This document shows, piece by piece, positions 36,809 through 47,335 of a stretch of 53,440 nucleotides of DNA. The stretch's first letter is position 1, and each line of letters begins with the position of its first letter. Location of the stretch: positions 1 through 53,440 of the forward strand of contig CANQAU010000001.1 in the NCBI GenBank assembly GCA_947588935.1, written 5' to 3'. Source of the stretch: an uncultured Bacilli bacterium (GTDB lineage: Bacteria; Bacillota_I; Bacilli_A; RF39; UBA660). The notes below the pieces were generated by a model that saw only the letters and a program-made list of their open reading frames with translations, was not told the origin of the DNA and did no database searches. Made by a program: the position numbers and the translations under genes.

Positions 36809-37795
36809 ATGAACAAAATAAAACAACAAAATAATTTATTGGAATGGGAAAATAAAGATGCTAATATGCTAGAAAAAATAAAAGCATCATGTAATTATGT
36901 TTCTACAAATAGTAGCTATGTATCAATTGATTATGAAAAATTGGATGAATATATTAAGACAATTGATTTTCAAAAAGTTAAATTTTGGTTAAGTAGTAAT
37001 CCATATAATTTATTTGATATGGAATTTGATAAAATAATTAATTTCTTGTTGATATTTGATTCAATAGATTATTGCTTTTGGGGTACACCTAAATGGACTA
37101 TAAATACTATAGAAGGAGAAAAAGATGGTTCAGATGCCTTATTATATGCTTTATTAAAATATGTAAAAGAATTAGATAAAATTGATTTTACGAATGTCTC
37201 TTTTGAAGAATTTTCGAATATATTAAAAGGCAATGTTGAAATTCCATTTTTACAAGAAAGATATAATACTGTTGTTGCTATATGTAATGTAGTTAATAAA
37301 AAAATGAATGGTAACTTTTATAATTATATTAAAGATATTAATAAAGATACTGAATTATTTAACATTATTATTAGCCATTTTAATGACTTTTGTGATGAAA
37401 GGGAATATAATGGTAAAAAAATATATTTTTATAAGTTAGCACAATTATTAACTTCTGATATTTTGCATATAAAAGAATTAATTAATTGTGCAAAAGTTGA
37501 CTATAGTAATTTAGTAGGATGTGCAGATTATAAAATACCACAAACATTAAGAGCATTAGGAATACTAAAATTTAATAGTGAATTATCAAAGATTATTGAT
37601 AATAAACAACTTATATCTGAAAATTCTAAATATGAAGTCGAAATAAGAGCTAATACAATAACAGTTATTAATTATATTAGTTCAAAACTAGAAAATTGCT
37701 GTTCTATCGATATAAATGATTATTTATTTATATCTTCTAAAGCTGTTAAAACAATTGCTAAACCGTATCATTTATGCAGAAATAAAAATTATTAA
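36809..37795 (+). CDS. DUF2419/Qng1-like queuosine salvage protein (queuosine 5'-phosphate N-glycosylase-like)
   Basis: The motif order FDSIDYCFWG ... FYKLAQLLTSD ... CADYKIPQTLRALGIL ... YEVEIRANTI ... KPYHLCRNKNY matches my recollection of the family (FDSLNFCFW, FYKRAQIL, ADYRVPQ, EVEIRA, PHHRTR..Y). The gene is visibly more AT-rich than its neighbours. Confidence 0.6.
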   Translation: MNKIKQQNNLLEWENKDANMLEKIKASCNYVSTNSSYVSIDYEKLDEYIKTIDFQKVKFWLSSNPYNLFDMEFDKIINFLLIFDSIDYCFWGTPKWTINTIEGEKDGSDALLYALLKYVKELDKIDFTNVSFEEFSNILKGNVEIPFLQERYNTVVAICNVVNKKMNGNFYNYIKDINKDTELFNIIISHFNDFCDEREYNGKKIYFYKLAQLLTSDILHIKELINCAKVDYSNLVGCADYKIPQTLRALGILKFNSELSKIIDNKQLISENSKYEVEIRANTITVINYISSKLENCCSIDINDYLFISSKAVKTIAKPYHLCRNKNY

Positions 37796-37835
37796 AAAAT
37801 ATTCGGTATAATAATTTATAAAGGAAGTGATTTAA

Positions 37836-38690
37836 ATGGACAATCAACAAAATTTGACAAATATTAACTGGTTTCCGGGACATATGGCAAAAACAAGAAG
37901 ACTAATCGCTGAAAAGTATGATTTGATTGATATCGTCTATGAATTAGTTGATGCCAGAATTCCGTTTTCATCGAAAATTAAGGATATTTATAACATCATA
38001 GGCAACAAACCCAAAATTTTAATTATGACCAAAAAAGATTTATGTGACGAGAAAGTAACCGAGTCTTGGATAAAATATTATGAAAATTTGGGAAGCTCAG
38101 TCTTATTAGTTGACTTAAATAACCCAAAAGATTATCAAAAAATTATTGATAAGACACACGAATTAATGGCTGAAAAGCAACAAAAAAGAGCGGAAAAAGG
38201 ATTAAAGAAAAAAGAAATCAAAGTATTAGTCATAGGGATTCCCAATGTCGGAAAAAGTACATTGATTAATCGTTTGTGTGGAAAAAAAGTAACCAATGTC
38301 GGAAACAATCCCGGCGTCACTCAACATTTATCTTGGCAAAAAACCGATAGTGACATTTTACTGTTAGATAGCCCAGGAATTTTATGGCCAAAACTAGATC
38401 AAGGAGAAACCGCTTTAAATTTAGCAACCTTTACAGCAATTAAACAAGAAATATTACCAACAGATGAAGTTGCGGTTCATATTATCAAAAAATTGCATGA
38501 CTTATATCCCAAAATTCTCAAAGAACGATATGGGGTGACAGAAATAAAAGATTTTGAAGAAGTTTATGACAGAATCGGTAAGAAAATAGGTGCCATAAAA
38601 AATGGTGAACCAGATTATGAAAGGATCAGCATGAGAATCATCAATGATATCAAATTAGAAAATATAAAAGGAGTAACATTCGACCGTTGA
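37836..38690 (+). CDS. rbgA: Ribosome biogenesis GTPase A (YlqF)
   Basis: INWFPGHMAKT, a circularly permuted GTPase (TKKDL ... GIPNVGKSTLIN ... DSPGILWPK). Confidence 0.9.
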   Translation: MDNQQNLTNINWFPGHMAKTRRLIAEKYDLIDIVYELVDARIPFSSKIKDIYNIIGNKPKILIMTKKDLCDEKVTESWIKYYENLGSSVLLVDLNNPKDYQKIIDKTHELMAEKQQKRAEKGLKKKEIKVLVIGIPNVGKSTLINRLCGKKVTNVGNNPGVTQHLSWQKTDSDILLLDSPGILWPKLDQGETALNLATFTAIKQEILPTDEVAVHIIKKLHDLYPKILKERYGVTEIKDFEEVYDRIGKKIGAIKNGEPDYERISMRIINDIKLENIKGVTFDR

Positions 38691-39343
38691 AAACAAAAGA
38701 AAAAGTAGATTTAAGAAAAAGAGAAAAAGAACTATGGAAAGAAGGATACGAATTCATCTGTGGAACAGACGAAGCAGGAAGAGGACCCCTAGTGGGACCG
38801 GTTGTAGCAGGAGCAGTTATTCTTCCCAAAAACTATAATTTAGAAGGATTAACGGATTCCAAAAAATTAAGTGAAAAAAAACGAGAACAGTTTTTTGAAA
38901 TTTTAAAGAAAGAAGCCGTTGCCATCGGAGTGGGAGTGGTCAGTGCCAAAACCATTGATGAGATCAATATTTATGAAGCAAGCCGTTTAGCAATGATGAA
39001 AGCAATTGAAAAACTAAAAGTAAAGCCGGATTATATTTTGACCGATGCCATGCCCCTACACATAGATATTCCCCATGAAGCAATAGTTCATGGAGATGCT
39101 CTATCAATCAGTATTGCAGCTGGCAGTGTCATTGCCAAAGTAACGAGAGACAATTTACTAAAAGAATTAGATCAACAACATCCGGAATACGAATTTGCCA
39201 AACACAAAGGTTATCCAACCAAAAGACATTTAGAATTATTAAAAAAATATGGACCATTGGACAATTATAGATTTACATATAAGCCAGTTCGTGATTTAAT
39301 GGAAAATGAATTGAATCAAAAAAGAAAGGAACGATCTCTTTGA
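38687..39343 (+). CDS. rnhB: Ribonuclease HII
   Basis: GTDEAGRGPLVGPVVAGAV and KDSKKLS-like DSKKLSEKKR, in the conserved rbgA-rnhB order. TTG start. Confidence 0.9.
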   Translation: MKTKEKVDLRKREKELWKEGYEFICGTDEAGRGPLVGPVVAGAVILPKNYNLEGLTDSKKLSEKKREQFFEILKKEAVAIGVGVVSAKTIDEINIYEASRLAMMKAIEKLKVKPDYILTDAMPLHIDIPHEAIVHGDALSISIAAGSVIAKVTRDNLLKELDQQHPEYEFAKHKGYPTKRHLELLKKYGPLDNYRFTYKPVRDLMENELNQKRKERSL

Positions 39344-41373
39344 AAAAATTAGTAATTGTAGAATCTCCTCATAAATGCAAACCAATTGGAACCTATTTAG
39401 GAAAAGACTATAAAGTGGTTTCCTCAAAAGGACATATTCGAGATTTAGCAACGACCGGAAAATTCGGACTAGGTGTAGATGTAGATAATAATTTTGAACC
39501 AAATTACATTCCAATTAAAGGAAAGAAAAAAGTAATTACAGAACTAAAAAAAGAAGTGAAAAATTCTGATTTTGTCTATTTGGCAACTGACCCAGACCGT
39601 GAAGGAGAAGCAATCAGTTGGCATTTAAAAGAAGCCTTAGAAATTCCAGAAAAAAATTATGAAAGAGTTACTTTTAATGAAATCACGAAAAACGTTGTCG
39701 AAGATGCTTTTAAAACTCCAAGAAAAATTGATGAAAACTTAGTAAGAAGTCAAGAAACCAGAAGAATACTAGATCGAATTATCGGTTTTCGTTTAAGTAA
39801 ATTAATGCAAGCCAAAACCGGCGGAAAGAGTGCAGGTCGAGTTCAAAGTGTGGCATTAAAACTAATCGTGGATCGAGAAAGAGAAATTAATGCCTTTGTC
39901 CCAGAAGAATACTGGTCAATTGAAGCCGATTTTTCTGATTTTACCGCTCAACTAGAAAAATATCACGGAAAGAAAATAGAAATTCATAGTGAAGTAGAAG
40001 CAGAAGAAATTCTATCAAAGCTAACCAAAACATTTAAATTAGAAAGTGTAGAAAGTAAAGATACCAAAAAGACAAGCCGTCCAGCCTTTATTACTTCAAC
40101 GATGCAAAGAAGTGCTGCAACAAACTTAAACTACGCTCCATCAAAGACCATGCGCATTGCACAGAAACTATATGAAGGAGTCGAATTAGAGAGTGAAACC
40201 GTTGGTCTTATTACTTACATGCGTACAGATTCAGAACGATTGTCACCGGTTTTTGTAAAAGAAACCTATGAATGGATCGAAAAAAAATATGGACGTGATT
40301 ACATTGGAGAAGTCAAAGTTCCTAAAAAAAAGCAAAATATGCAAGACGCTCATGAAGCAATTCGACCAACCAGTATAGAAAGAACGCCCGAATCGATTAA
40401 AGCATATTTAACAAATGAAGAATATCATCTATATAAACTTATTTATGATCGCGCTTTAGCCAGTTTAATGTCTAGTGCGGTATCTCTTTCTACAACCGTT
40501 ATATTAGAAAATAATGGATATACCTTTAAAACAACTGGAAATATTTTAAAATTTGATGGTTATTTAAAAATATATAGTCCATATGAAGAAACCAAAGACA
40601 TCATTTTACCGGATTTTGCCAATTATAAAAGCGAAGTAATTATCGCCAACGAAATTTTAAAACATCAGCATTTTACAAAGCCATTACCAAGATATACTGA
40701 AAGCTCACTAATTAAAGAATTGGAAAATTTAGGAATTGGTCGACCAAGTACTTATGCAACTATTGTCGGAACAATTAAAGAACGAGGATATGTCACCTTA
40801 GAAGATAAAAAATTCGTACCAACCGAAATTGGAATCGAAACAACGGATAAATTACAAGAATTTTTCAGTGGAATTGTTAACGTAGAATACACCGCAAATA
40901 TGGAATCAGAACTAGATGCCATTGCTGAAAACAAAGTTGATAATAATCAAATTCTTCACGAGTTCTATGACGATTTTGAACCATTAGTGGAAAAAGCCTT
41001 CCATGAAATGGAGAAAAAAGAAGCAGAAAAAACCGGAGAATCTTGTCCAAACTGCGGAAGTGATTTAGTCATTCGTAAAGGAAAATATGGAACCTTTACT
41101 GCTTGCAGTAATTATCCAACTTGTAAATACATCAAAAAATCCGAAACGCAAAACGAAAAAATTATCGATTGTCCAAAGTGTGGAAAAGAAATCATTCAAA
41201 AACGGACAAAAAGAGGTAAAATTTTCTATGGCTGTACAGGATATCCAAAATGTGATTTTGCATCATGGTATAAACCCGTTGAAAAAAAATGCCCTGAATG
41301 CGGTGGCGTATTAGTGGAAAAAAAAGATGATTTAGAATGTATGGAATGTAAAAAAAATTGGAAGAATGAATGA
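39340..41373 (+). CDS. topA: DNA topoisomerase I
   Basis: TOPRIM (LVIVESPHK, ATDPDREGE), the active-site region YMRTDS, and three C-terminal C4 zinc ribbons. Confidence 0.92.
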   Translation: MKKLVIVESPHKCKPIGTYLGKDYKVVSSKGHIRDLATTGKFGLGVDVDNNFEPNYIPIKGKKKVITELKKEVKNSDFVYLATDPDREGEAISWHLKEALEIPEKNYERVTFNEITKNVVEDAFKTPRKIDENLVRSQETRRILDRIIGFRLSKLMQAKTGGKSAGRVQSVALKLIVDREREINAFVPEEYWSIEADFSDFTAQLEKYHGKKIEIHSEVEAEEILSKLTKTFKLESVESKDTKKTSRPAFITSTMQRSAATNLNYAPSKTMRIAQKLYEGVELESETVGLITYMRTDSERLSPVFVKETYEWIEKKYGRDYIGEVKVPKKKQNMQDAHEAIRPTSIERTPESIKAYLTNEEYHLYKLIYDRALASLMSSAVSLSTTVILENNGYTFKTTGNILKFDGYLKIYSPYEETKDIILPDFANYKSEVIIANEILKHQHFTKPLPRYTESSLIKELENLGIGRPSTYATIVGTIKERGYVTLEDKKFVPTEIGIETTDKLQEFFSGIVNVEYTANMESELDAIAENKVDNNQILHEFYDDFEPLVEKAFHEMEKKEAEKTGESCPNCGSDLVIRKGKYGTFTACSNYPTCKYIKKSETQNEKIIDCPKCGKEIIQKRTKRGKIFYGCTGYPKCDFASWYKPVEKKCPECGGVLVEKKDDLECMECKKNWKNE

Positions 41374-41436
41374 GATTGACTTCCGAATTTTTTTATGCTA
41401 TATTTATCTCCTGCCTGAAGAAAGAAGAGTGAATAG

Positions 41437-42063
41437 ATGGAAGATGCACCGCAATATTATTTATGTTTAGAATATCACACCGACGATAAAAAATATGGAA
41501 GAAGTTATATTTCTTTTGGACCAGATGGACTCATCTATGACACAATATATAAATATACACTCGAACAAATTGACTTTTTTCTAGAAATTCATCAGAAAGA
41601 TGAAATTTTAAAACAAGCCAAAAAAGACAATGTATTATATTTTTTAAAAGAGGAAGAAGACTTACAACACACGACAATTACCATTCGCCATTATGATATC
41701 AAGAATGGAAAAGAAAGAATTTCTGCCGAACCTCTACCCAAAGGATGCTACTTTTTTAATATGGAAAAATATTTGAAAGAATACTTAACGATGGAAGAAC
41801 GAAAAAACTTACACAACAAATTAGGTGGTTATGTCACAAATCCACATACCGAAGAAAAAATGAAAACGTTTATCCGCAATTTACCTTCCATGGATGCTCA
41901 AGGTCTATATCAATTGTATCAAGGCCTATCTTATATAGAAAGACGAACAATCAAAACAATTATATATACTTATATAACAGAAGATAAACGAAATTTATTA
42001 ATTGAAAACAGTCCACATTCGATTGAACAGACTGCATCTAAACTACTAAGAAAAGCAGCGTAA
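41437..42063 (+). CDS. Hypothetical protein
   Basis: 208-aa ORF with host-like codon usage. I recognise no family. Confidence 0.5.
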   Translation: MEDAPQYYLCLEYHTDDKKYGRSYISFGPDGLIYDTIYKYTLEQIDFFLEIHQKDEILKQAKKDNVLYFLKEEEDLQHTTITIRHYDIKNGKERISAEPLPKGCYFFNMEKYLKEYLTMEERKNLHNKLGGYVTNPHTEEKMKTFIRNLPSMDAQGLYQLYQGLSYIERRTIKTIIYTYITEDKRNLLIENSPHSIEQTASKLLRKAA

Positions 42064-42195
42064 GAACGATTTTGTCAACAAAAAAGTTTATTATTCATAA
42101 ATTGCATTTAAGTGTTTAAGTAATACTTTTAGTTTAAGAACTTTACAAAAAGTCCAAAAAAAGCTATAATAGGGACCTAAAAAAGAGGGGATATT

Positions 42196-42846
42196 ATGGC
42201 AAAGCAAAGTGATAAAGCAAAAAATATTGAAAAATATGGACAATTAATAGAGGAATATAATGAACTAGCAAAGCGTTATGCTTATTTAAATCCAGAATCA
42301 ATTTTTCAAGAAAGAACTTATAATATCGAAAGACTGAAAAGTTTAGATTACCGAAAGGTGATTTATGAATTGCACAGATTAGGTGATTGGTTTCAATTAC
42401 TAGAGCAAAGATACATTATGCACTATACTTCATCACAAGCATTATGGCCGGATACAAAAGGATCTGTCCATCAAAAAAGACTGAAGTTAGAGAAATTTAT
42501 AGAAATGAATAGTATATACCGAAGCGTTACCGGAAAAGCAAAATATGAAATCCCATTTCCACAAGATTATGAAACATTGCTTCCAACATTTACATCATTG
42601 ACAATTCAAAAAATGACACCATTAATCAAGCAAGTCTTTCCAAATTTCGTTGGGGTAGAAATAATAAGTGCTGAAGAACTATATGAATTATATAAAATCG
42701 CCTATCAAAGTCAAAATCAAAGGTATCATCGAGATGATTTTAATTGCGAAAGCGAAGAATTTTTAACAAAAGAGGAATGGTTATCGAGTTACGAAACCGA
42801 AATACCACAGACTCCATATTATAAACGCCAGAGAGAAAGTGAGTAA
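42196..42846 (+). CDS. Hypothetical protein
   Basis: 216-aa ORF with a GAGGGG SD and an upstream TATAAT. I recognise no family. Confidence 0.5.
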   Translation: MAKQSDKAKNIEKYGQLIEEYNELAKRYAYLNPESIFQERTYNIERLKSLDYRKVIYELHRLGDWFQLLEQRYIMHYTSSQALWPDTKGSVHQKRLKLEKFIEMNSIYRSVTGKAKYEIPFPQDYETLLPTFTSLTIQKMTPLIKQVFPNFVGVEIISAEELYELYKIAYQSQNQRYHRDDFNCESEEFLTKEEWLSSYETEIPQTPYYKRQRESE

Positions 42847-42894
42847 AACTTTCTTTTTTTTGAAAAAAATTTTATAATAAAAAAGAGTGATAAT

Positions 42895-43815
42895 ATGGGA
42901 GAAGAAAAACAATTAATTCAATTTATAGAAAAATGTACAAATATCAAACCATATTTAAAATATATCGAAAAAGAAAGACATTACAGTGAGAATACACGGC
43001 TGGCTTATGAAAACGAACTAAAGAAATATGCAAATTTTTTAAATCAACAGCATCTCAATGAGACAAGTATAGATAAGGAACACGCCCGTCTTTTTTTAAA
43101 GGTATTAACAGAACAAAATCAAAAAAACACAACGATTTCTCATGCCATTAGTACAATTAGGTCATACTATGATTATCTCTTGAAAGAAGAGAAAATAACA
43201 CAAAATGTTTGGTCATCAATCAAAAACCCAAAAATTCCGAAACGAATTCCCAATTTTTTGACAACGATGGAATTAGAAAAATTATTTGCCAATGAACAAT
43301 TAAAAACCCCTTATGAAATCCGCAATCGTCTAATTTTGGAACTGCTATTTGCAACAGGACTACGCGTTACAGAACTCATCAATATAAAATTGCAAGATAT
43401 CGATCAAAGCGAAAAAAGTATACGAACACTAGGAAAAGGCAAAAAAGAAAGAATTGTATATTATGGAGAATATGCACAGGAAATATTAGAAAGATATTTT
43501 CGCGAAGCAAGACCAATATTTTTAGAAAATCAGAAAAGCGATTATTTGTTGGTTGGCCACAATTCGTTAAAATTAACTAGAAATCGAATTAGTAGCATTC
43601 TAGAAGAAGAGGTTCGTAAGATTGGTTTACAACATCATATCTCACCACATGTTCTTCGTCATACGTTCGCAACGCAACTTTTAAATAATGGAGCAGATAT
43701 TCGAAGTGTACAAGAATTACTAGGACACGAAAATTTAAGTACTACTCAAATATATACCCACATTACAAGTGAGCAACTAAGAAAAGCATATCGTGATAAT
43801 ATGACTAGAAAATGA
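42895..43815 (+). CDS. xerC: Tyrosine recombinase XerC/CodV-type
   Basis: An N-terminal SAM-like domain plus the catalytic residues ATGLRVTEL, HVLRHTFAT, LLGHENLSTTQIYTH. Its position after topA matches codV in Bacillus. Confidence 0.85.
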   Translation: MGEEKQLIQFIEKCTNIKPYLKYIEKERHYSENTRLAYENELKKYANFLNQQHLNETSIDKEHARLFLKVLTEQNQKNTTISHAISTIRSYYDYLLKEEKITQNVWSSIKNPKIPKRIPNFLTTMELEKLFANEQLKTPYEIRNRLILELLFATGLRVTELINIKLQDIDQSEKSIRTLGKGKKERIVYYGEYAQEILERYFREARPIFLENQKSDYLLVGHNSLKLTRNRISSILEEEVRKIGLQHHISPHVLRHTFATQLLNNGADIRSVQELLGHENLSTTQIYTHITSEQLRKAYRDNMTRK

Positions 43816-43857
43816 GAAACTATGATATAATACTTTCATAGAAAGTGAAGGTATGAC

Positions 43858-46497
43858 ATGAAATACGTATATTCCTTTAAAGAAGGAAATAAAGATATGA
43901 GAAATATCCTAGGTGGAAAAGGTGCGAATTTAGCAGAAATGACAAACTTAGGATTACCAATTCCCCAAGGTTTTACCATTTCAACAGAAGCTTGTACAGA
44001 ATATTATGAAAACGGCAAGAAAATTTCTGAAGAAATCGAACGACAAATATTGGACGCTCTAAAAGAATTAGAAAAAATTCAAGGAAAAATTTTTGGAAGT
44101 ACAACAGATCCATTATTAGTATCGGTTCGTTCTGGGGCAAGAGCTTCCATGCCAGGTATGATGGATACCATCTTGAATTTAGGATTAAATGATGAAGCAG
44201 TCGAAGGATTTGCTAAAAAAACCAATAATCCTCGCTTTGCTTATGATTCTTATCGTCGGTTTATTCAAATGTATTCCGATGTAGTAATGGAAGTGCCAAA
44301 ATCATTCTTTGAAAAAATCATTGATGAAATCAAAGCAGAAAAGAAAGTAACTTACGATACAGAATTGACGACAGAGGATTTAAAAGAATTAGTTCATCGC
44401 TTTAAAAAAGTATATAAAGATGCCATGAATGGTGAAGAATTCCCACAAGATCCAAAAGAACAACTAATGGGAGCCGTAAAAGCGGTATTTCGTTCATGGG
44501 ATAATCCTCGTGCCATTGTTTATCGAAGAATGAATGATATTCCAAGTAGCTGGGGAACTGCAGTAAATGTTCAAGCCATGGTTTTTGGAAATATGGGAGA
44601 AACATCTGGTACCGGAGTAGCATTTACAAGAAATCCATCTACAGGCGAAAAAGGCATTTATGGCGAATATTTAATAAATGCTCAAGGAGAAGACGTAGTA
44701 GCTGGAGTACGTACACCACAGCCAATTTCAAAATTAGAAAGTGATTTACCAGAATGTTATAAAGAATTTATGGAAATTGCCAATCGATTAGAAGAACACT
44801 ATAAAGATATGCAAGATATGGAATTTACCATTCAAGAAGGGAAACTCTATTTCCTTCAAACTAGAAATGGAAAACGTACAGCTCAAGCTGCAATCAATAT
44901 TGCTTGTGACTTAGTTGATGAAGGAAAAATTACCAAAGAAGAAGCGGTATTGAGAATTGAAGCAAAATCCTTAGATCAACTTCTTCATCCAACCTTTAAT
45001 AAAGATGCTTTAAAAAATGGCAAAGTCATTGGTACTGCCCTTCCTGCATCTCCTGGAGCAGCAGCAGGAAAAGTTGTCTTTACTGCGGAAGAAGCCAAAG
45101 AACAAGGAATGGGTGGAAAAGGAGATCGAGTTATTTTAGTAAGACTTGAAACAACACCGGAAGATATTGAAGGAATGGTAGCATCACAAGGAATATTAAC
45201 CGTTCGTGGAGGAATGACTAGCCATGCCGCTGTCGTAGCACGCGGAATGGGAACTTGTTGTATATCCGGTTGCGGAGAAATAAAAATTAATGAAGAAAAA
45301 AAGGAATTCACCTTAGGCGGAAAGACATTTCATGAAGGAGATTATATTTCTCTAGATGGCTCAACTGGAATGATTTATGACGGAGATATCAAAACGGAAG
45401 AAGCATCTGTAACTGGAAATTTCGGAAGAATTATGAACTGGGCAGACGAATATCGAAAACTAAAAATTCGTACCAATGCGGATAATCCAAGAGATACCAA
45501 AAATGCAGTACATCTAGGAGCGGAAGGAATAGGATTATGTCGTACAGAGCATATGTTCTTTGATGAAGAAAGAATTCCAAAAATTAGAAAAATGATTTTA
45601 TCCGAAACTGTCGAAGAAAGAGAGAAAGCTTTAAATGAATTAATTCCATTCCAAAAAGGCGATTTTAAAGCCATGTATGAAGAATTAAAAGGGCTTCCTA
45701 TGACCGTTCGCTATTTGGATCCGCCACTTCATGAATTTTTACCAACTGAAGAGGAAGACATTGCTGCTCTTGCGAAAGAAATGGGCGTATCAGTAGAACA
45801 TTTAAAAAACAAATGTTCAGAACTTCATGAATTTAATCCAATGATGGGACACCGTGGTTGCAGGCTTGCTGTCACCTATCCGGAAATTGCAAGAATGCAA
45901 ACGCGAGCTTTAATGGAAGCAGCCATTGAAGTGAAGGAAGAAAAAGGATATGACATTACTCCAGAAATTATGATTCCATTAGTAGGAGAAGTAAAAGAAT
46001 TTGACTTTGTAAAAAATATTGTGGTAGAGACAGCAGAACTTGTCAAAAAAGAAAAACATAGTGATATGTCTTATCATATTGGAACCATGATTGAAATTCC
46101 TCGTGCAGCTTTAACAGCAGACAAAATTGCCGAAAGTGCCGAATTCTTCTCTTTTGGAACAAATGACTTAACGCAAATGACTTTTGGTTTCTCGAGAGAT
46201 GATGCTGGAAAGTTCTTGGGTGCATACTATGAAAATAAGATCTATGAATCAGATCCATTTGCAAAACTAGACCAAGAAGGAGTCGGACAATTGATTCAGA
46301 TGGCTGCTGAAAAAGGAAGAAAAACACGAAAAGATATTAAATTAGGTATTTGTGGAGAACATGGAGGAGAACCATCAAGCATTGAATTCTGCCATAAAAT
46401 TGGTTTAAATTACGTTTCTTGCTCTCCGTTCCGTGTACCAATTGCAAGACTTGCAGCAGCACAAGCCAGTATCAAAGAAGGGATGAATAAGGAATAA
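43858..46497 (+). CDS. ppdK: Pyruvate, phosphate dikinase
   Basis: GGKGANLAEM, the phosphohistidine region GGMTSHAAVVARGMG, and the PEP-utilising TIM barrel GLCRTEHMF ... FSFGTNDLTQM. Confidence 0.93.
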   Translation: MKYVYSFKEGNKDMRNILGGKGANLAEMTNLGLPIPQGFTISTEACTEYYENGKKISEEIERQILDALKELEKIQGKIFGSTTDPLLVSVRSGARASMPGMMDTILNLGLNDEAVEGFAKKTNNPRFAYDSYRRFIQMYSDVVMEVPKSFFEKIIDEIKAEKKVTYDTELTTEDLKELVHRFKKVYKDAMNGEEFPQDPKEQLMGAVKAVFRSWDNPRAIVYRRMNDIPSSWGTAVNVQAMVFGNMGETSGTGVAFTRNPSTGEKGIYGEYLINAQGEDVVAGVRTPQPISKLESDLPECYKEFMEIANRLEEHYKDMQDMEFTIQEGKLYFLQTRNGKRTAQAAINIACDLVDEGKITKEEAVLRIEAKSLDQLLHPTFNKDALKNGKVIGTALPASPGAAAGKVVFTAEEAKEQGMGGKGDRVILVRLETTPEDIEGMVASQGILTVRGGMTSHAAVVARGMGTCCISGCGEIKINEEKKEFTLGGKTFHEGDYISLDGSTGMIYDGDIKTEEASVTGNFGRIMNWADEYRKLKIRTNADNPRDTKNAVHLGAEGIGLCRTEHMFFDEERIPKIRKMILSETVEEREKALNELIPFQKGDFKAMYEELKGLPMTVRYLDPPLHEFLPTEEEDIAALAKEMGVSVEHLKNKCSELHEFNPMMGHRGCRLAVTYPEIARMQTRALMEAAIEVKEEKGYDITPEIMIPLVGEVKEFDFVKNIVVETAELVKKEKHSDMSYHIGTMIEIPRAALTADKIAESAEFFSFGTNDLTQMTFGFSRDDAGKFLGAYYENKIYESDPFAKLDQEGVGQLIQMAAEKGRKTRKDIKLGICGEHGGEPSSIEFCHKIGLNYVSCSPFRVPIARLAAAQASIKEGMNKE

Positions 46498-46616
46498 AAT
46501 ACAATATCTGTATTTATTCCAGTAATTATTAGGGAAAAAGTAATTTATAAAAAATACTTCTTAGATAATTACAATGTTTATCAAACCCAAAAAAGCGAAA
46601 TTTATATAAAATATTT

Positions 46617-46658
46617 AAGACTAAGATGACTTAATATCGTATATCTTAGTCTTTTTTT
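46617..46658 (+). terminator. Intrinsic terminator after ppdK (copy A of a 42-nt repeat)
   Basis: A perfect 11-bp stem (AAGACTAAGAT...ATCTTAGTCTT) followed by a T-run. Confidence 0.75.
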
Positions 46659-46692
46659 AGGCTTGTGCGACAAGATTTGGGAGGTATAAAAA

Positions 46693-46869
46693 ATGCGATT
46701 ACTATATACTAAACCAGAGTTAGAAGATTTATCTCAAGGTTCAAGAATATCATTTGCTAGACAGTTTAGACTCATGACGTAAGATGAAGTATCAGACAAA
46801 CTAGGATTGACTGGAGAATGTAAGAGAAAAACTATGACAAGATATGAAAAGGGAAAAGAAATCCTATGA
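46693..46869 (+). pseudogene. XRE-type HTH regulator remnant
   Basis: It reads MRLLYTKPELEDLSQGSRISFARQFRLMT*DEVSDKLGLTGECKRKTMTRYEKGK..., with an in-frame TAA at 46780-46782. The downstream reading frame is lost where the '...RYE.G.RNP' continuation is expected. Confidence 0.5.
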
Positions 46870-47335
46870 ATATTTAAGCTGGCTAATCAGGGATATTTTT
46901 TTGATATATCAGACAATGTAAATTCCAGTGTTTTTGCATATGATTGAGAGAAAATAGTTGATGATTGTGGAGATAAATATTGGGGTGTTTATTTTTGGAT
47001 ATATAATGGTACAGAAAAAAAGTTTATTATTAAAATAAAATACCAATACTTGTAATAAAAAGAGATAATGGATATAATTCTTTTGTAAGAGTTTTCATAT
47101 GAATAATAAAAGCAAAATAGTCTGAGATTAATAATAGTTTAGATTGTTAAAAAGTTAGCAATCTTTCTCTTTTTTAATCACTTCAAGATTTGAGTTTCAG
47201 CGAAAAAAATAGAGGATATGAAAAAAGAAAAATTATATCATTTTCCATTAATTATAGAATTTTTCAAAACAGCTCAAATATATTATTTTTTAATAGAATA
47301 TGATAGAATATATTTTGAGAAGGAGTATTGTTCTA

